Below, one piece after another: positions 50,832-63,826 of a DNA stretch of 63,826 nucleotides. Numbering within the stretch: the stretch's first letter is position 1; the number at the start of each line of letters is the position of its first letter. Source of the DNA: Catajapyx aquilonaris (lineage: Eukaryota); contig JYFJ02002056.1 in the NCBI GenBank assembly GCA_000934665.2, positions 1 to 63,826 on the forward strand. The letters run 5' to 3'. A model generated the notes under the pieces. That model was not told where the DNA came from and made no database searches. It saw only the letters and a list, made by a program, of their open reading frames with translations. The translations under genes and the position numbers were made by a program.

Positions 50832-51190
50832 CGAGGGCAGATCAATAAGTAACGCACAATATATATATATATTTCAACCCAAGTTTAATGTTAATAACAA
50901 TTTTTATATAGTTCTCATAAAGGGACTATCTTTGGCTATTAATATTCAAGATGCCACGTTCATAAAAGTCCGTTTTTTGCTCATACAGTGTAGCCATACG
51001 CGCACAGCACTTTTGACTTCAGCGTCACAAGCGAAGTGTTGACCCCCCCCCCTCCCCCCCNTGCCCCCCCCCCCCCCCCCCCGAAGAACAATTTCAAGTG
51101 GCCAAAGAGATGAAAGTCACTCGGTGTATGATCAGGACCGACGAGGACTGTACGGATTGGTTCAGACTCTTTGTCACGAAACACGGCGCA
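50832..51190 (-). mobile_element. mariner 3' remnant with terminal repeat
   Basis: PYSP../PDHTPSDFHLFGHLK..GG then (frameshifted) FACDAEVKSAVRVWL; terminus CGAGGGCAGATCAATAAGTAAC at 50832. Contains a poly-C run with an N at 51061. Confidence 0.75.
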
Positions 51191-52179
51191 GCTTCTTCAA
51201 AGTTTCACCTTATAGGTTGTAGTATTGACAGTTGAGCCATAAGGACCAGTAGTGTACCCTCATTCTACTGTATATCGCTGCACGGTAATTGTTACAATAT
51301 ACTATACACAGTTTCCCATAAGAGAAACTTTTACAATTGCATGGTTATTTCTCACTTTTTGGGCTTAACTCTGCATGTTATGAAGTAAATATGGCAACGA
51401 ATTTCGGACCAATGTGATATCCACTCCAGGTATACGTTTTGTCTATATGTCATTGTAATATAATAATATTATGATAGTTAGATAATAGAATAGTATTATG
51501 GCGGATGCTGAGTAATACCACCACCTCAGGCTCATTTAAGTAGATAGTGCCTCTCATCCTGTCTCTAAACTATGAAAAATTGTTCGGCCGACATGTGTCA
51601 CACTGGCAGACAAACTGTAATATTGTCTAAATCAGGATGATCATTTTTTCTGGACAATCCCTGTAAGAAATTGTCCATTACTTCTTGTACTCACAGGTCA
51701 GTCCGGAGGTTGAAGCGCCTGTTTGTAGCACGTCAGATAAGAAGCTTGTAGCTATTTGTCTTCCCTAAATACATCTATGGTGACACGTGGCCTTACATCA
51801 GCAATTTGTGTTGATTTGTAGTTGCCAATGTAGTTTCACTTCTACAATTTGGCGCTCCTTGATTTTAAAGAAACCCTCTATATACCAGCTGTCGTGATGA
51901 AGATATACTGATGAACATCACGGGACTTTCTGTCAAAAACAAGTTTGCAGTTTTGTTCCAACTTTTGATGTTATGCCTTACTTTATATTTTACATAGGTG
52001 GGCCAAATAATGTTCAGCATCAAGAAATAGGTCCTGCAGAACAATAATTATCACCTACCCTTGTGACCCACAAAATGGCCATCCTGGTGATCACATCAGA
52101 ATCATTGTAGCAGAAATCGCCTGAAGATTGCGGTCTTACTGTTCGAAACTGATGCCTGACCAATCATATATGGCTGGTT

Positions 52180-53022
52180 TTGTCCAACTTGTCATTCATG
52201 GGTTCAAGCAAGTTCGAGGATAGTACCACAGAAGCTCACACTCACAAGCCAGCACGGCGCTAACTCTATCTGCTATCAAATCAAAACTTTTGGTGCACCT
52301 GTGTTACACTCTAGGAGGGACTCTACCCCCTGTCATGCACCCAATCATGTAGAATACGATTGTTTTGTTTGTTTGTTTTTAATTCGCGGGGACCCAAGTG
52401 CATCTGGGCTGAAGGTAACAAGTGACGGCCGACCCTCAGGTTCTCAAGCGCAGTTTGTTGTTGGCGTCGTGCCGTTATCCTGCCATTATTTTGTAATATA
52501 CAGATTAAAAATTCAGTGTCGAATACCCTTAGTTCATACAATGAGTTTAGAAGTGTAGCGATGAAGAGTCCATAAAACGAGCCACAAATTGATATTATTC
52601 GACCTTAAAAATCATTCGACACATAAATTGTGTTTTATTAGGTTTTAATCTACTTCAGATCCACTTGCACCCAACAACAATGAGTGACTGCATCTTCACA
52701 TTATACAGTATGCGATGTGATAAAAGTACCATTTCAAGATGCTTGATCACTGAAGTGGGATTTGTGTAGGTCTAGAAGAAGTCAGTTCGTGTCTTCAAAA
52801 TACTTTCACTTTGCCAGAATATTTGCAGCTTCTCCCTGCTCTGTTTCATCCTCCGTACGTACCAGATCCTGTGTCGCTGAGGGAGGCCAGCAGTACATTG
52901 GTGGCTAGAATGTTACATAACTTGGTCACTGAGTCACACTGAGTATTACTGTGTGGATGTTCGGAATCACCTTGTCAGTAGTAATGTAAAAGGCTAAACA
53001 CTATTATCAGCAAAAGTCTGCC
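52180..53022. repeat. Long direct duplicate of ~56040-56685
   Basis: Collinear blocks GTCATTCATGGGTTC, CAGCACGGCGCTAACTCT, TCATGCACCCAATCATG, CACTGAAGTGGGATTTGTG, GTGTCGCTGAGGGAGGCCAGCAGTACATTGG, TATCAGCAAAAGTCTGCC; the left copy has an extra ~190-bp segment. Confidence 0.85.
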
Positions 53023-53651
53023 ACCCACTGGTCGGGGTGGACTTGGCCATCTAATTTTCCCATTATAAAAGCACTGCTCTGTGCTGGAAAATATTGGAAT
53101 AGGTGAACCTGGCCATTGCCATCCACATGGGACAACTTGGCCACTCCTAATATGTGCTACCCATAGGAGAGGGACCAAACCTTACCAGAAGCATAGGATC
53201 TTTGAAATGTGCACTCGGCCACTCGAAGGCGACTCGGGGGTGAACTTGGCCACCTGTTTTTAAACCAAAGAAATTATGAATTTGATGGTAGATAAGTGGT
53301 TCTGGATATTACAAGTTATATGCTATTTATTCTGAAGTAGCACGGCCTGTTTCCGTGGTAATGTAATCGACAACAATCAATCATTGTTGATGCAGTGGAA
53401 ACCTGTTGCCATGATAACCCATAGCTAGAGTAATATTAGTCTTTGATATTAGTAAAGCAAAATATATTGATTCACTTGCGGCACTTACTTGTTAGTTTTA
53501 CCCTGGTTTTACCAACCTTGCAGGTCACATCTACTGGAGCAAGAAACCTGACCCGATAATATGATTGTGTTATTGTCTCATATCATAACAGGAGTAGATA
53601 GAACTCGTACCATATCATCTCCTCATGTCCAAGAAACATCATACACATATA

Positions 53652-53790
53652 CAGTAAAACCTGTCTATGTTGGACACTGACGGCTCCAAGGAAATTGTCC
53701 AACATAGGGAGGTGTCCAACATATTAGGATTTCAATCTCTGGGGTTTTATAGTGCAGCACAGTAATGTACGAATAGGTAGCTACTGTACA

Positions 53791-53873
<83 letters not shown>

Positions 53874-54620
53874 TGTTGGGTATAGTGCTCACCTTATCGA
53901 TATCAGCACAGACCTTTATTTGTTAATTAGTTGTACAGTACATTGTAACACGCCCGGGCCCACGGGCAGGATGACAGGAGGGGATGTGAAAGTGCAGTGC
54001 GGTAACGGTGCTTGGTCGTTTTGTGAACTCCCCCGGGCGGTTTAGTCTGTGGATATACCACCCGAGACGAAGCCAGAGGTGACCCCAGAACTCTGCACGA
54101 GATGAAGGGGGTGTCCCCGGGCTGGGATCGAACCCGGGACCTTAACATCCGTGGGCATACACGTTACCGCGGCGCCACTCCGTCTCCCCTCTACTGTACA
54201 GTAATCATCCAGTAATCAACTTTTTATGCACGTTTTCTTATTTTCGGTACGGTATAGCACAGTGAGTACATGAAATTTCTGAAACGGGACTACCTTTTGG
54301 TTTATAAATCGATAACAAGTGACTCTTTAATCAGAGAAATTACGTTTTTCATTTGGGCAGCAAAAAAAATGTCAATAATAAGAGTGGCATTCAAAAGCAT
54401 AAAGTTGTAATTTTTGATGTACTCAAGGGCATCCCGATGAGAAGGTGGTTTATCGTCGCAACCAGGTTTTATAGTGTACTGTTCCACTTTTGAAGATTTA
54501 CTTTGTGTATTATTCTGCAACACCTGCCTGCTTCACCACCTCGTCTGCATTATTGCCTCCGTATTCATCCTCCGTTGTCATACAGTTGACAATGTCACTT
54601 GAAGACATGCTTTGCTTCAG
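53652..54620 (-). mobile_element. pogo/Tigger-like 3' remnant interrupted by a SINE
   Basis: TA-CAGTAAAACCTGTCTATGTTGGACAC terminus with internal GTCCAACATA repeats; minus-strand relic MSSSDIVNCMTTEDE / KPPSHRDALEYIK resembles the acidic Tigger C-terminus. Confidence 0.55.
53796..54190 (-). mobile_element. Full-length tRNA-derived SINE with (TTA)n tail and perfect 15-bp TSD
   Basis: Minus-strand head GGGGAGACGGAGTGGCGCCGCGG (A box) .. GGGTTCGATCCC (B box), ~240-bp body, long TTA tail; CTACTGTACAGTAAT at 53781-53795 and 54191-54205. Confidence 0.88.
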
Positions 54621-57600
54621 TGCCAGGGAGAATATACTACACTCTAATACTAGCACTCGAAAGGCAGATCAGTTCCACTTGGTTCCACTTGGTCGGAAGC
54701 CATTATCTTTCAGGAGGAGTTGGATCATCTCCGCCTCCTTCCCTCTCTGCCCGCGGGCCACCAGGGGCCAGTCTTGGCTCCTCTCCTGGAGGCGGACACA
54801 GGGGAAACAGGCGCAAGGCTTGGGACAGAGGGTGAGACGCAGTCACGCAGATAGCTTCACATCCTTCTTGGGTGAAATATTATGATTTTTAAAAACCTCG
54901 AGCAGTTTTATACTGGACAAAAGTGTAGCATCATGGTAAACTGTAAAGTGACATTATCGTACCAATGTAGGCTTTTAAACCATGGAATATTTTGGACATA
55001 TAGTAGGCATATGGCCTCCTGTATGTTTTTTGATCATGTCTTACGAGTTTTGTGGCGTATTTTGTCTGCTTTCTTAAAAGCGACCAAATGTCTTCCTTTG
55101 GGAGTGTACATTATATTTTCCTGAATGGGCCGTCTTTCTCTGCATTTTTTACTAATTAACGGCGGTTTTGTCCTACCCATTTCTGACTTGAAGGATCCAG
55201 GGCTGATGCCTGACAAGTACGGTAAAGTATATGAAATAATCGTCTCAGTGGACATCCCCTGGTCCTACGGGATAAGCAGCCTAGGTGTCTGCCAGAAAAA
55301 GCGTCATTTTATACTCAGAAGTAACAGGTCCCAAAAGCTCACCCACTAAGTACTCATACCAGGGCAGAAATATATGTGGCTCCTTATACTGTGCTATTAT
55401 ACAATAGGTACTAATGAAACCAGAAAACGATACCAGTAGATTGCATTGTCGCAAAGAATTATTAATTCGTTCATTACGTGCCATTACAATATTCCAGTCA
55501 AACGTTTGTTATCCGAATAATTTTGGCGAGGTCATTGTGTACAAATAATGTGTACAATTATTGTGTACAAATCATGTCTGAATTTTTTGCGTCGATGGCT
55601 TAATTATGTTAGTTTTTGTCAGGGACATTGTACGGTTGTATAAATAATTGTGCGGGAAATGAGCATTGTTACTGAAGAAGAAAAGCGGTCGTCCCCTGCC
55701 AGTCCACTGCTATCGGTACTTTTATCTTGTCCATGTTACCTTCAATGGCTCATTAACATGGTTAGGATAGTAAGTTAACGTAGCCAATGCAACATGTTTC
55801 AGTCGCAGTGTGGCCATTACTGATCGAAATAATTGTCGATACCTTTGAAACATGCACAGCATCACAACCGTTTCGCTGTGCCATTCCAGGCGTGATATGT
55901 AATCCGTTGGCAGTTTAGTCGATTCTGGTCACTTATCAGGTGATTATTAGATGATTATCACACACGCTATTTATCTGCTATCTTGATGCCCTCTTGTCGT
56001 GTTCTCTTGTCCAAAAGAGGGTTGTACAAGCCGCTTAGACCAACTCGTCATTCATGGGTTCGAGGCTAGTTTCACAGAAGCTCAAGGCAGCACGGCGCTA
56101 ACTCTCCTATTACAAACTTACCGCACTTTTGGTGCATCTGTGTTACACTCACTCTAGGAGTGACTACCCCCTCTCATGCACCCAATCATGCAGAACACGA
56201 TTGGTTGAACAATTTTTAAATTGGCGAGGACCTAAGTGCATCTTGGCTGAAGGTAACAAGTTACGGCCGAACCTGAGCACATTGTGTTTTATTAGGTTTT
56301 AAGCTACTTCAGATTCACTTGGACCCAACAACAATGAGTGACTGCATCTTCACCTTATACGGTATGCGACGTGATAAAAGTACCTTTTCAAGATGCGATG
56401 TCACTGAAGTGGGATTTGTGCAGGTCTAGAAGAAGTCAGTTCGTGTATTCAAAATACTTTCACTTTGCCAGAATATTTGCAGCTTCTTTCTGCTGTTTCA
56501 TCTTCCTTATGTATCCTGATCCTGTGTCGCTGAGGGAGGCCAGCAGTACATTGGTAGCTAGAATTTTGCATAACTTGGTCACTGAGTCGTACTGACAAGT
56601 GAGTATTACGGTATTGATGTTCGGAAGCACCTTGTCAGTAGTAACGTAAAAGGCTAAACACTATAATTATCAGCAAAAGTCTGCCGTCGTTTTACCTCGA
56701 GGTTGTAAGTGACAATAAAGCATAGACATAATGAGAGTGCGTACTAATGTGTACACTTCGCTATAGTACAATGTCGAATGCCCCGTCTAAGAACTTCGGC
56801 AGTAGCCGTTCATTCTGTTTGAGTTTTGTAGAACTTTGTTACCGCACACGTTGGGCTAACGTTTGACAAGGCAGTTGATGTAAGTGACATCCTTATAATG
56901 TTATATGAAATTGCAAAACAAATGTAATAACCGTTTCATGGTGTACAGTACCTGTGTCACAACTTGTATTACCTGCCTCATAATGGGCACACGATGATTG
57001 CAAATTTGCCTTTTTTAGCATTAATTTGATACGCATAGCCAAAGTGGAAGTATTGATTCCGAATGTATAATATGTGCTCTATCATTGACACAGTGCATAG
57101 GCTACTTAACAATGCGGTACCTGCGGTATCATTGTCTTCTAGCACCATCAGCTTTCCTCTTCCTGTTGGACACAATGCTTCCGAACAAAGTGTATTGCAC
57201 AGATAAGTCCCTGGCCAGTAGTTGGGCTGCATGTCAATTTGTGCTATGATTTTTCTCTTTGAAAGCACGTGCACGATTAACAACGGTCTATCGAACGTGT
57301 AGTAGTCTGGTGTGTTTTACAGTGCTGGACATAATAGCAGTCCCTATAATTTTGTGTTGCTGGTAGAGCTTGGTTGCTGTAATTGAACCAAAATAACGGG
57401 AATATTAATTGTGTTGTGTAAATAATCTGAGATTAAAGGTACGTCAAGGGTAGGATTACTGCCATGCATTTCTGGTGTCAGTAGACATGTTTAATTCTGT
57501 AAGAAAAGTGTGGTTACTTCAATTTAATTATGACAAATTTTGTGAGCCATTACGTCATCAATGTTTCCTTCTGTTTTGTCATCCGCCATTCTGACAGTCT

Positions 57601-58547
57601 GCAAAGCTTTTCGTCTTGCTTGACTGACCAATCGTGATTGTCCAGATGTGTAGGGGACAAAAATGGTTCATTGGCATACATGTGCTCTGAAAAGGTTCCA
57701 GTGAATCGAACTTGAGCGTTAGGGTTTTCTTAATATACTGACTGTGAGCTCTTTGATATCTGGACCCCTGGTGTATATTACCACCTCCAAGGCCACCTAT
57801 TATATAGTTTGCGATATTACTATTAATATTATACTGCCTACCCCTGCCATTTGTCAACACGTAGAATTATTTGATGTTAAGTGAGTTATATTATATTGTG
57901 CCACTTTCTGCTGGAATAATAGATAATTAACATGTGTTTGTGACACATATAATCATCAATGCGATCAACTCATTCTTGATTTGACTGATATATGAACCAG
58001 TTGCTGAGTCGTCTTATGGTACGTGTCAGTGGCAGGAGTGTGTCATAGTCCACGTCAGCGTCCATGTTCTTTTAGACTGGACTTCTCCGTTTGATCCCGA
58101 AGCGTCCTCCTTTGGTGGTTGCTCTTCCTGTGACACATGATTGATTATACTTTTTTGACAACTAAACGGTTATTTTCGAGCAGGTTGGTGATGCGCTCGT
58201 TATATTTCTGATATTAATGGACCTTCCATCGTAGTTAGTACTTGTTTTTGATGTCAACATCTTTCGCCATGATGCAACTTTGTTAGTCGCTTTTTGGTGC
58301 TCTGTATTCTTTTTTTGTACCTGCCACTTTTAGTCATAGCTCGTATGTTCTGTTGGTTACATCAGAGTGAATTTCTGCAGCTTTCAGACTCACGATGGAA
58401 TCATGTAGAGCACGAATGTTAAACAATTGTGCTGAAATCCATCAGTATATCAACTGTCATAACACATATATTAGAATAATACGTAGAATATATTGTAATA
58501 CTCCAGATAGTATTCGCGTCTTCTCCTTCGTGTTCATTACCATGCTG

Positions 58548-58700
58548 CAGGGACGTCGGAACCATGGGGGCGGTCGCCCCCACTACTTTTTGAGTGGGGG
58601 GGGGGGGCAATGGTTACCATTTGCCCCCGCAGTTTGAAATGGTCACATACATAAATGTACCCCCATTTTCTTTATCTAAAACTAAAAATTTGAAGAAGAA
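58548..58700. mobile_element. hAT-like MITE left end
   Basis: CAGGGACGTCGGAACCATGGGGGCGGTCGCCCCC..GGGGGCAA..TTGCCCCC GC-rich subterminal palindromes; right end not identified. Confidence 0.35.
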
Positions 58701-60779
58701 AAATCGACTCAACCGGATTTGTGAATGCACCATTAGCGACGGGCCTACTCTTGGGCCTACTATAGGAGAGAGGGGGCGAGCCGAGGGTCTCCATATTAGG
58801 TACCTGAACTATCTTCTAAATTGTCACATTCAGTATGTAGAATCGTAATACTCCGGAAAGTTTGTTGAGTTACGTCATTAGAAAGTCAAGATTAGTCACA
58901 ATTTAAAACAACTGAGAATTATTTTGACAGATATGTGAGAGCCGATCTCTCGAATTTTATAAGCAACAAAATGTTCCCATTAATTCACTCCTAGTGTCGG
59001 CGCTTCTCTGGTGTATATCTCTATCATTTCGTCATCCTTGAGGACCCTTTGGGTCCAACCCATGTATTAGAGACTCCCTCTTTAATTGGCATATCCCCCA
59101 CTATGATATTGCTAATTCTAATCATGTTGGTACATCTTCTCATGATCTAGTTCTGGTTCTGGTACCTCGTGTGCTACTCCGTGTTCATCATGTGTTACCC
59201 TAAGGATATTCTGAAAGACGTGTAATGTAAGTAACAGTATGCAATAGATGATCGATTCTTCGAGTTACTCGTTGCATGAGAGATATCAGATTTTTTAAGC
59301 AACAAAATACTTCTACACTAAAATAAATATGGCATCTCTACAGTCTACCCAGTCTTCGCAATGCATTGTAAATGTTCTGTTTTGTTTGAGATAGAGCAAA
59401 TCGGAACCAAGTTTCTCTATTCCTTCTTACTGTGGCGTTTGTTCTGCGTATAGTGGGAGAGAAGTGCGTGTAATGCAATAGGCGGAAAAGTACCAAGTTG
59501 TATTGCTGTGCAGAAGTCATCCTACATACTGCTTTGCATGTGTCGCAGGTAGACCTGGAATCCTCTCATCGTCTTATCGCTTGTCTTTCTCGTTATCATC
59601 CTCGTTATGTTGAACAGGTCACATGTGTACTCTACACTTTGCATCTTCCGAGCGTATCAATAATTAAAATCGGTTTCCAATGAATTCCTTTTGTCGATTT
59701 CAGAACCGGTACATAAATTACCAGTAACAGTAGTTGGCAACTTCATTCGACAACCACTAGTGACTGCCTCTACAAATTATGTGTTTCTTGGCATCAGAGG
59801 CTGAAAGGGCATCAAAAATCAATCTCGAGTTTTCATATAGGGGTCTGTTAGCGTAAAGGTGTGCTCACTCCGTTCCACCCTACGCTGCTGTATGTCGTGT
59901 GGGATGATCAAAGAGCCAGCATGCAAAGAGGGGCGGGGGAATCCTCCTGTGATAATTTGCAAGTATAGTTGCATTATCATATTTGAAGTACGAAATTGCT
60001 AATGAGAAATTACTCAGTTTAACTGATGTTTACTGGCGTGTTGTGCATCCATGTGCAGATGCGTTTCCATGTGGAAGTGTATGCCCTCCAATGTTCTTAT
60101 TATAGTAGAGTTTAAATAGGCGCTGTCACTGGTGAGATTTGGGCAGGTCTTGAAGAAGTCGGTACATATCTTGAGTAGCTTTGCCTTTCTCGTCTTTTTG
60201 AATGATTACAACCTCAGACAAATGTGTGCTCTAAGTATTTTCCAATGAGTGGAGCATGAGTATTACCGCACCCAAATTAATAAGTTTGGATGCTTAACGT
60301 GTCGTAATGTGTCGTGTCTGTTGCTCACTACATGCATAACTATCATAATTATCAGGTTGTGGTGGCAATGGATCTTCTGGCAGCTGCGGATAAGTATCAG
60401 ATTCTTCGTTTGAAGTCCTTGTGTGGACTTCATCTTCAAAGTCATTTGTCGACATGTTTCCGTTGTCAAGAGGTATGAAACCATCAAGAAGTATCCGCTG
60501 CCCTGCTGCTGGAAAGCTCAACTTTCCTGATTCACACCTCAAGTGTATACTAAAGATCGCAGGTAGACTAGATGATTTTTATTCGTTTACGGTCTTGCTT
60601 GGGATTGCTGACTTCTTAGCCTGAGCTGTGGGGTTGCGTCCTTTGCGGCGTAGGGTGGACATCCATTCATCGCCATAATTTGCCAGGCTCCATCGGCCTC
60701 TTTCACATTACATTTCAACTTTTTGCATATTTGTCGTCTGACGGACGCGGACTTCTGCTGCCATTTGTAATATAGAGAT

Positions 60780-62520
60780 TAATATATTAATAGAGAAAAT
60801 CATTGGATGTCTGGCCACACTTCATTAACTATTGTTGGCAGTTTTCAAATGCACCTGACATGGTGGTATGCTGATGATATTACATTATTAATGCACTGAT
60901 GGCTTGATGGACATCACCATTTGGTTCTGGGACCCCAACAGATCTATTCTGCTTTTGGCCCTGTTTTGGATGCCTCTTTGTCGTCTTATGGAGATCACAT
61001 TTCGTCACTGTACATTATGTACAGATTGAAAAATTAATGACCAAGACGCCTGTAGGAGACTCGGATGCAATCGAGCACAAATATTCCTCTTACAACTCCG
61101 TACACGTTTGTCATATACCTGGTGTGCATGGTACGACGATCCCGTTATGTAACAATGCACTGGTGACTTGATGGGCATCGCAGTTTGGTCTTCCCCCAGG
61201 TCCAGCCAGCCGGCATGTTCCGTACTAATAAGTTTCATCTTTTTTGCATCTTATTTTGTCGTCATAACGACATTGATGTTTCTCTCCTTCAATATATTTG
61301 CACTGTACAGATTGATATAATTATGGAGAAAGTCATTGGATGTTTTTAAATATCTCTACTATATGGTACGTAAGTCAGTCTCACTCATGCGCATCAGGCG
61401 TCATCGAATAGTAAACTATGTAATTAATAAAATGATTTCAATGGCTAGTCGGAAGATCTCTGCATCAAGGTCCCCGTACTCCTGTTTTGTGTTACGTGGC
61501 ATGATCTCCTTGTCCTATATGGCATCATATCCTTGATCACACGTCTCCCTCTGGCATGAGTGACACCCGGCCAAGAATAGGTCATGTATGCAATCTACTC
61601 TGTGGTGTGATTTTGGTAGCGCGTGGTTTCTGTGTAGTCGTTTCTCTCTGTCATAGGAAATATAAGGTAATTTGCAGTACCCGTACATAATTTTTTTTTT
61701 TAATCCTGCCTAATTAATATTTTAACTGCATTTAGCTATGAAATATGGCAGCATATGGTAATGAACAACAGAAACATGTAAGATAAATTACATGAGAATT
61801 CCCAAAATTGGGTTAAAACCCATTTTTGTTTGATGTTTATTGTCTCAAGAAGCGTCTGCTTAAATCATGGAGGAAAATATGTAGGGTAAACCAATAAAAT
61901 TACAGCTATTTTAATAACCTTGCAAAAGTAGCGGTTCATCATAATATTTTCATGACCCACCTTGCTACAATTTATATTATCTTACAGTGATACAAAAAGA
62001 ACTAATAAAATCACAGGATGATGCCAGTAGATTGCATTGTCACATAGAATTAATAATTCTTTATGTAGTACACTTACAATATTGCAGTCAAACGGTTGTT
62101 CTTCAGATAATTTTGGTGAGGTCATTGTGTACAAATCAAAAACTGGATTAATAGTAAAAGGCTCATTGCGTTTGTGCCTTTCTGCTTAGTGCGTTCCTGC
62201 GCCCTGCGTTTCTGGCAGTAATGTCTCAGTTTCCTGGTCTGTCCTATTGTGTCGTCTTATGAACGAGAACGTCTTTATCTTGCAATTTTTGATGTACGTA
62301 ATTGGATACATGAATAGAGAAAGTCATTGGATGTATCTGAAATTGTAGCTCTATAGCTGGTGCGGAAATTTAATCTACCGTCGCTTTGGGAAATGATTGG
62401 GTGGTGGATAACTTTGAGAATATGCAACATGGGTCTCCGACGCGTAGTTACCCAGATAATGTGCTTAAAGCACAAGGTATAAAATATCCTGGCACGTATG
62501 CGTCCCTCCACGCGACCTTA
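60780..62520 (-). mobile_element. Repeated decayed integrase-like fragments
   Basis: GAGAAA.TCATTGGATGT near 60794, 61326 and 62317; minus-strand relic HHP..SQSDG..TSYRAT resembles Gypsy integrase YHPQSDG and YRAT. 62025-62135 duplicates 55430-55545. Confidence 0.35.
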
Positions 62521-63474
62521 CCTTTTTCACTTAAAGTTATCCTGACTAAGAAAGGCAACCCACATGGCACAATGATTCGTGTCTTTAGAGTGGATTAGAT
62601 CATGGAAACTTGGCCACTAGGTAGCAACACCTACCACAACAAAGGTATAGTAAGTGGCTAACACCGCGGCCTTTAGGCTTTAGCGTAAAATTAGGTGCAC
62701 AGAATATGCACTACAAGATGAGTCTGATTGTTGTCGTTTGGTTTTCAGGGGTAATTTTAATTTACGATTCTGTTCGGTGTAGCAGGGAATGTCCTTGGCG
62801 ATGGAAGTGTCGTAAGCAGTATCCGAAACCTATACGCTGAAATAATGCACTTTTTCATTTAATGCTAATTATCTCATCAGTAACTATGCTTCAGAGTATG
62901 TTGCGTATACGTAGCATACTGTCTTGTATATTATGCACATTCATGGCACCTGTAACCATGTCATGGCGCAGTGTAATAATAACATATTCCTTTAATCACT
63001 TCATATTTCAGAGCAATTATGACATCGTAATGGAGTAGACCAATTTATTGTGTCACTTATGGTGAATATGCAGATTGTGTAAATAATAATTATTCTGATT
63101 TTGAAAAACAATGAGCATTGTTAGTGAAAAAGAAAGGTAGTCATGCAATGCCATCACTTGTCGTTGTCTACGGTCCATAACTATACTCTTGGTAGAATTT
63201 GCCCACTTTAATCTCATTCATATTACGAGCGTACCTTTGGTACATTATCGAAGGTGAGGATGGAGTATAGAGTGTGAGCAATATTATTTGTTTCTGTGCT
63301 GTGATGGGTATGAGAGTCGTCCAGGGACGTAATGGGTTGTGATGAGTTGTGCACCACCAGATCTCATCGAAATGTATAGTTATTTGGGGGTATGTTTTAG
63401 TTCTGAAAGATGAAATAATCATGTTCATTGCATGGGATCCAAAATCGCGTTTTGGAGAGAAACCACTCCCTGGA

Positions 63475-63826
63475 TGTGTCAGAGTTACGGCGACCCGACC
63501 ATAAAGGCCCCGCGCCAATGTATCTCATCATCCACAATTATTCAAAGGCTAATCAAGAACAAGAATTTACATTTACTGTCCTCACAAAAGGAACTCCAAT
63601 CAAACGATTAATAGAATTTACGTTAGAGAAATTACATTTATATTTTAAAATGAAGCTGAGCCAAATAAGATCTGAAAAGCTGATAGTTCACAACAGTTTA
63701 ATTTTAATGTACATTTAATGCAAGTTTTTGGTAAATTTATGCAAATTTTAAGATTTTCTAAAAGCAAAAAACAAGTATGGAAGGGAAAATGGGGGGAGGG
63801 GGAAGCAATGCCCTGAATGCTCAAGG
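63475..63826 (+). mobile_element. Young interspersed element running off the window end (starts TG, LTR-like)
   Basis: Exact inverted match to 1-98; shares the defined TGTCAGAGTTACGGCG boundary with the copy at 37670. Confidence 0.6.

Noticed and set aside
51043..51082. G-quadruplex-like poly-C/G tract
   Set aside because: Homopolymer expansion inside a mariner relic with an ambiguous base; length unreliable.
52118..52155. Minimal hammerhead-like core CTGAAGA..CGAAAC
   Set aside because: Stem II is weak and I could not identify stems I/III or a cleavage triplet.
37028..54045. Poly-Leu, poly-Tyr and poly-Ile ORFs (37028, 53665, 53752)
   Set aside because: Translations of (TAA)n microsatellites.
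54110..54190. Functional tRNA gene
   Set aside because: A/B boxes present but no clean cloverleaf; continues into a SINE body, tail and TSD.

Overview
Eukaryotic nuclear DNA from an invertebrate animal, probably an arthropod; the taxon cannot be fixed from sequence alone. The first ~26 kb is gene-dense with mostly 55-70 nt spliceosomal introns. It holds (i) two divergently oriented 8-exon ALDH3/fatty-aldehyde-dehydrogenase-like paralogues whose frames are intact but whose catalytic Cys, Glu and Asn motifs are replaced in both (likely pseudoenzymes), (ii) a complete ~40-exon axonemal inner-arm dynein heavy chain (DNAH6/Dhc16F type) with one GC-AG intron, and (iii) a small 4-exon gene with a degenerate Myb/SANT-like start and a coiled-coil end. 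The rest (26-63.8 kb) is repeat-rich: fold-backs, minisatellites, tRNA-derived SINEs with target-site duplications, Tc1/mariner, Tigger, Sola and Gypsy relics, and a locally shuffled mosaic of duplicated modules. Within it sits one intact NAD kinase with an intronless catalytic region, a likely retrogene. Most enlarged introns carry hairpin-forming or retroposon inserts. The two ends of the window carry an identical inverted 98-bp repeat. All exon models were read by eye from splice signals and frame continuity; no database searches were run.
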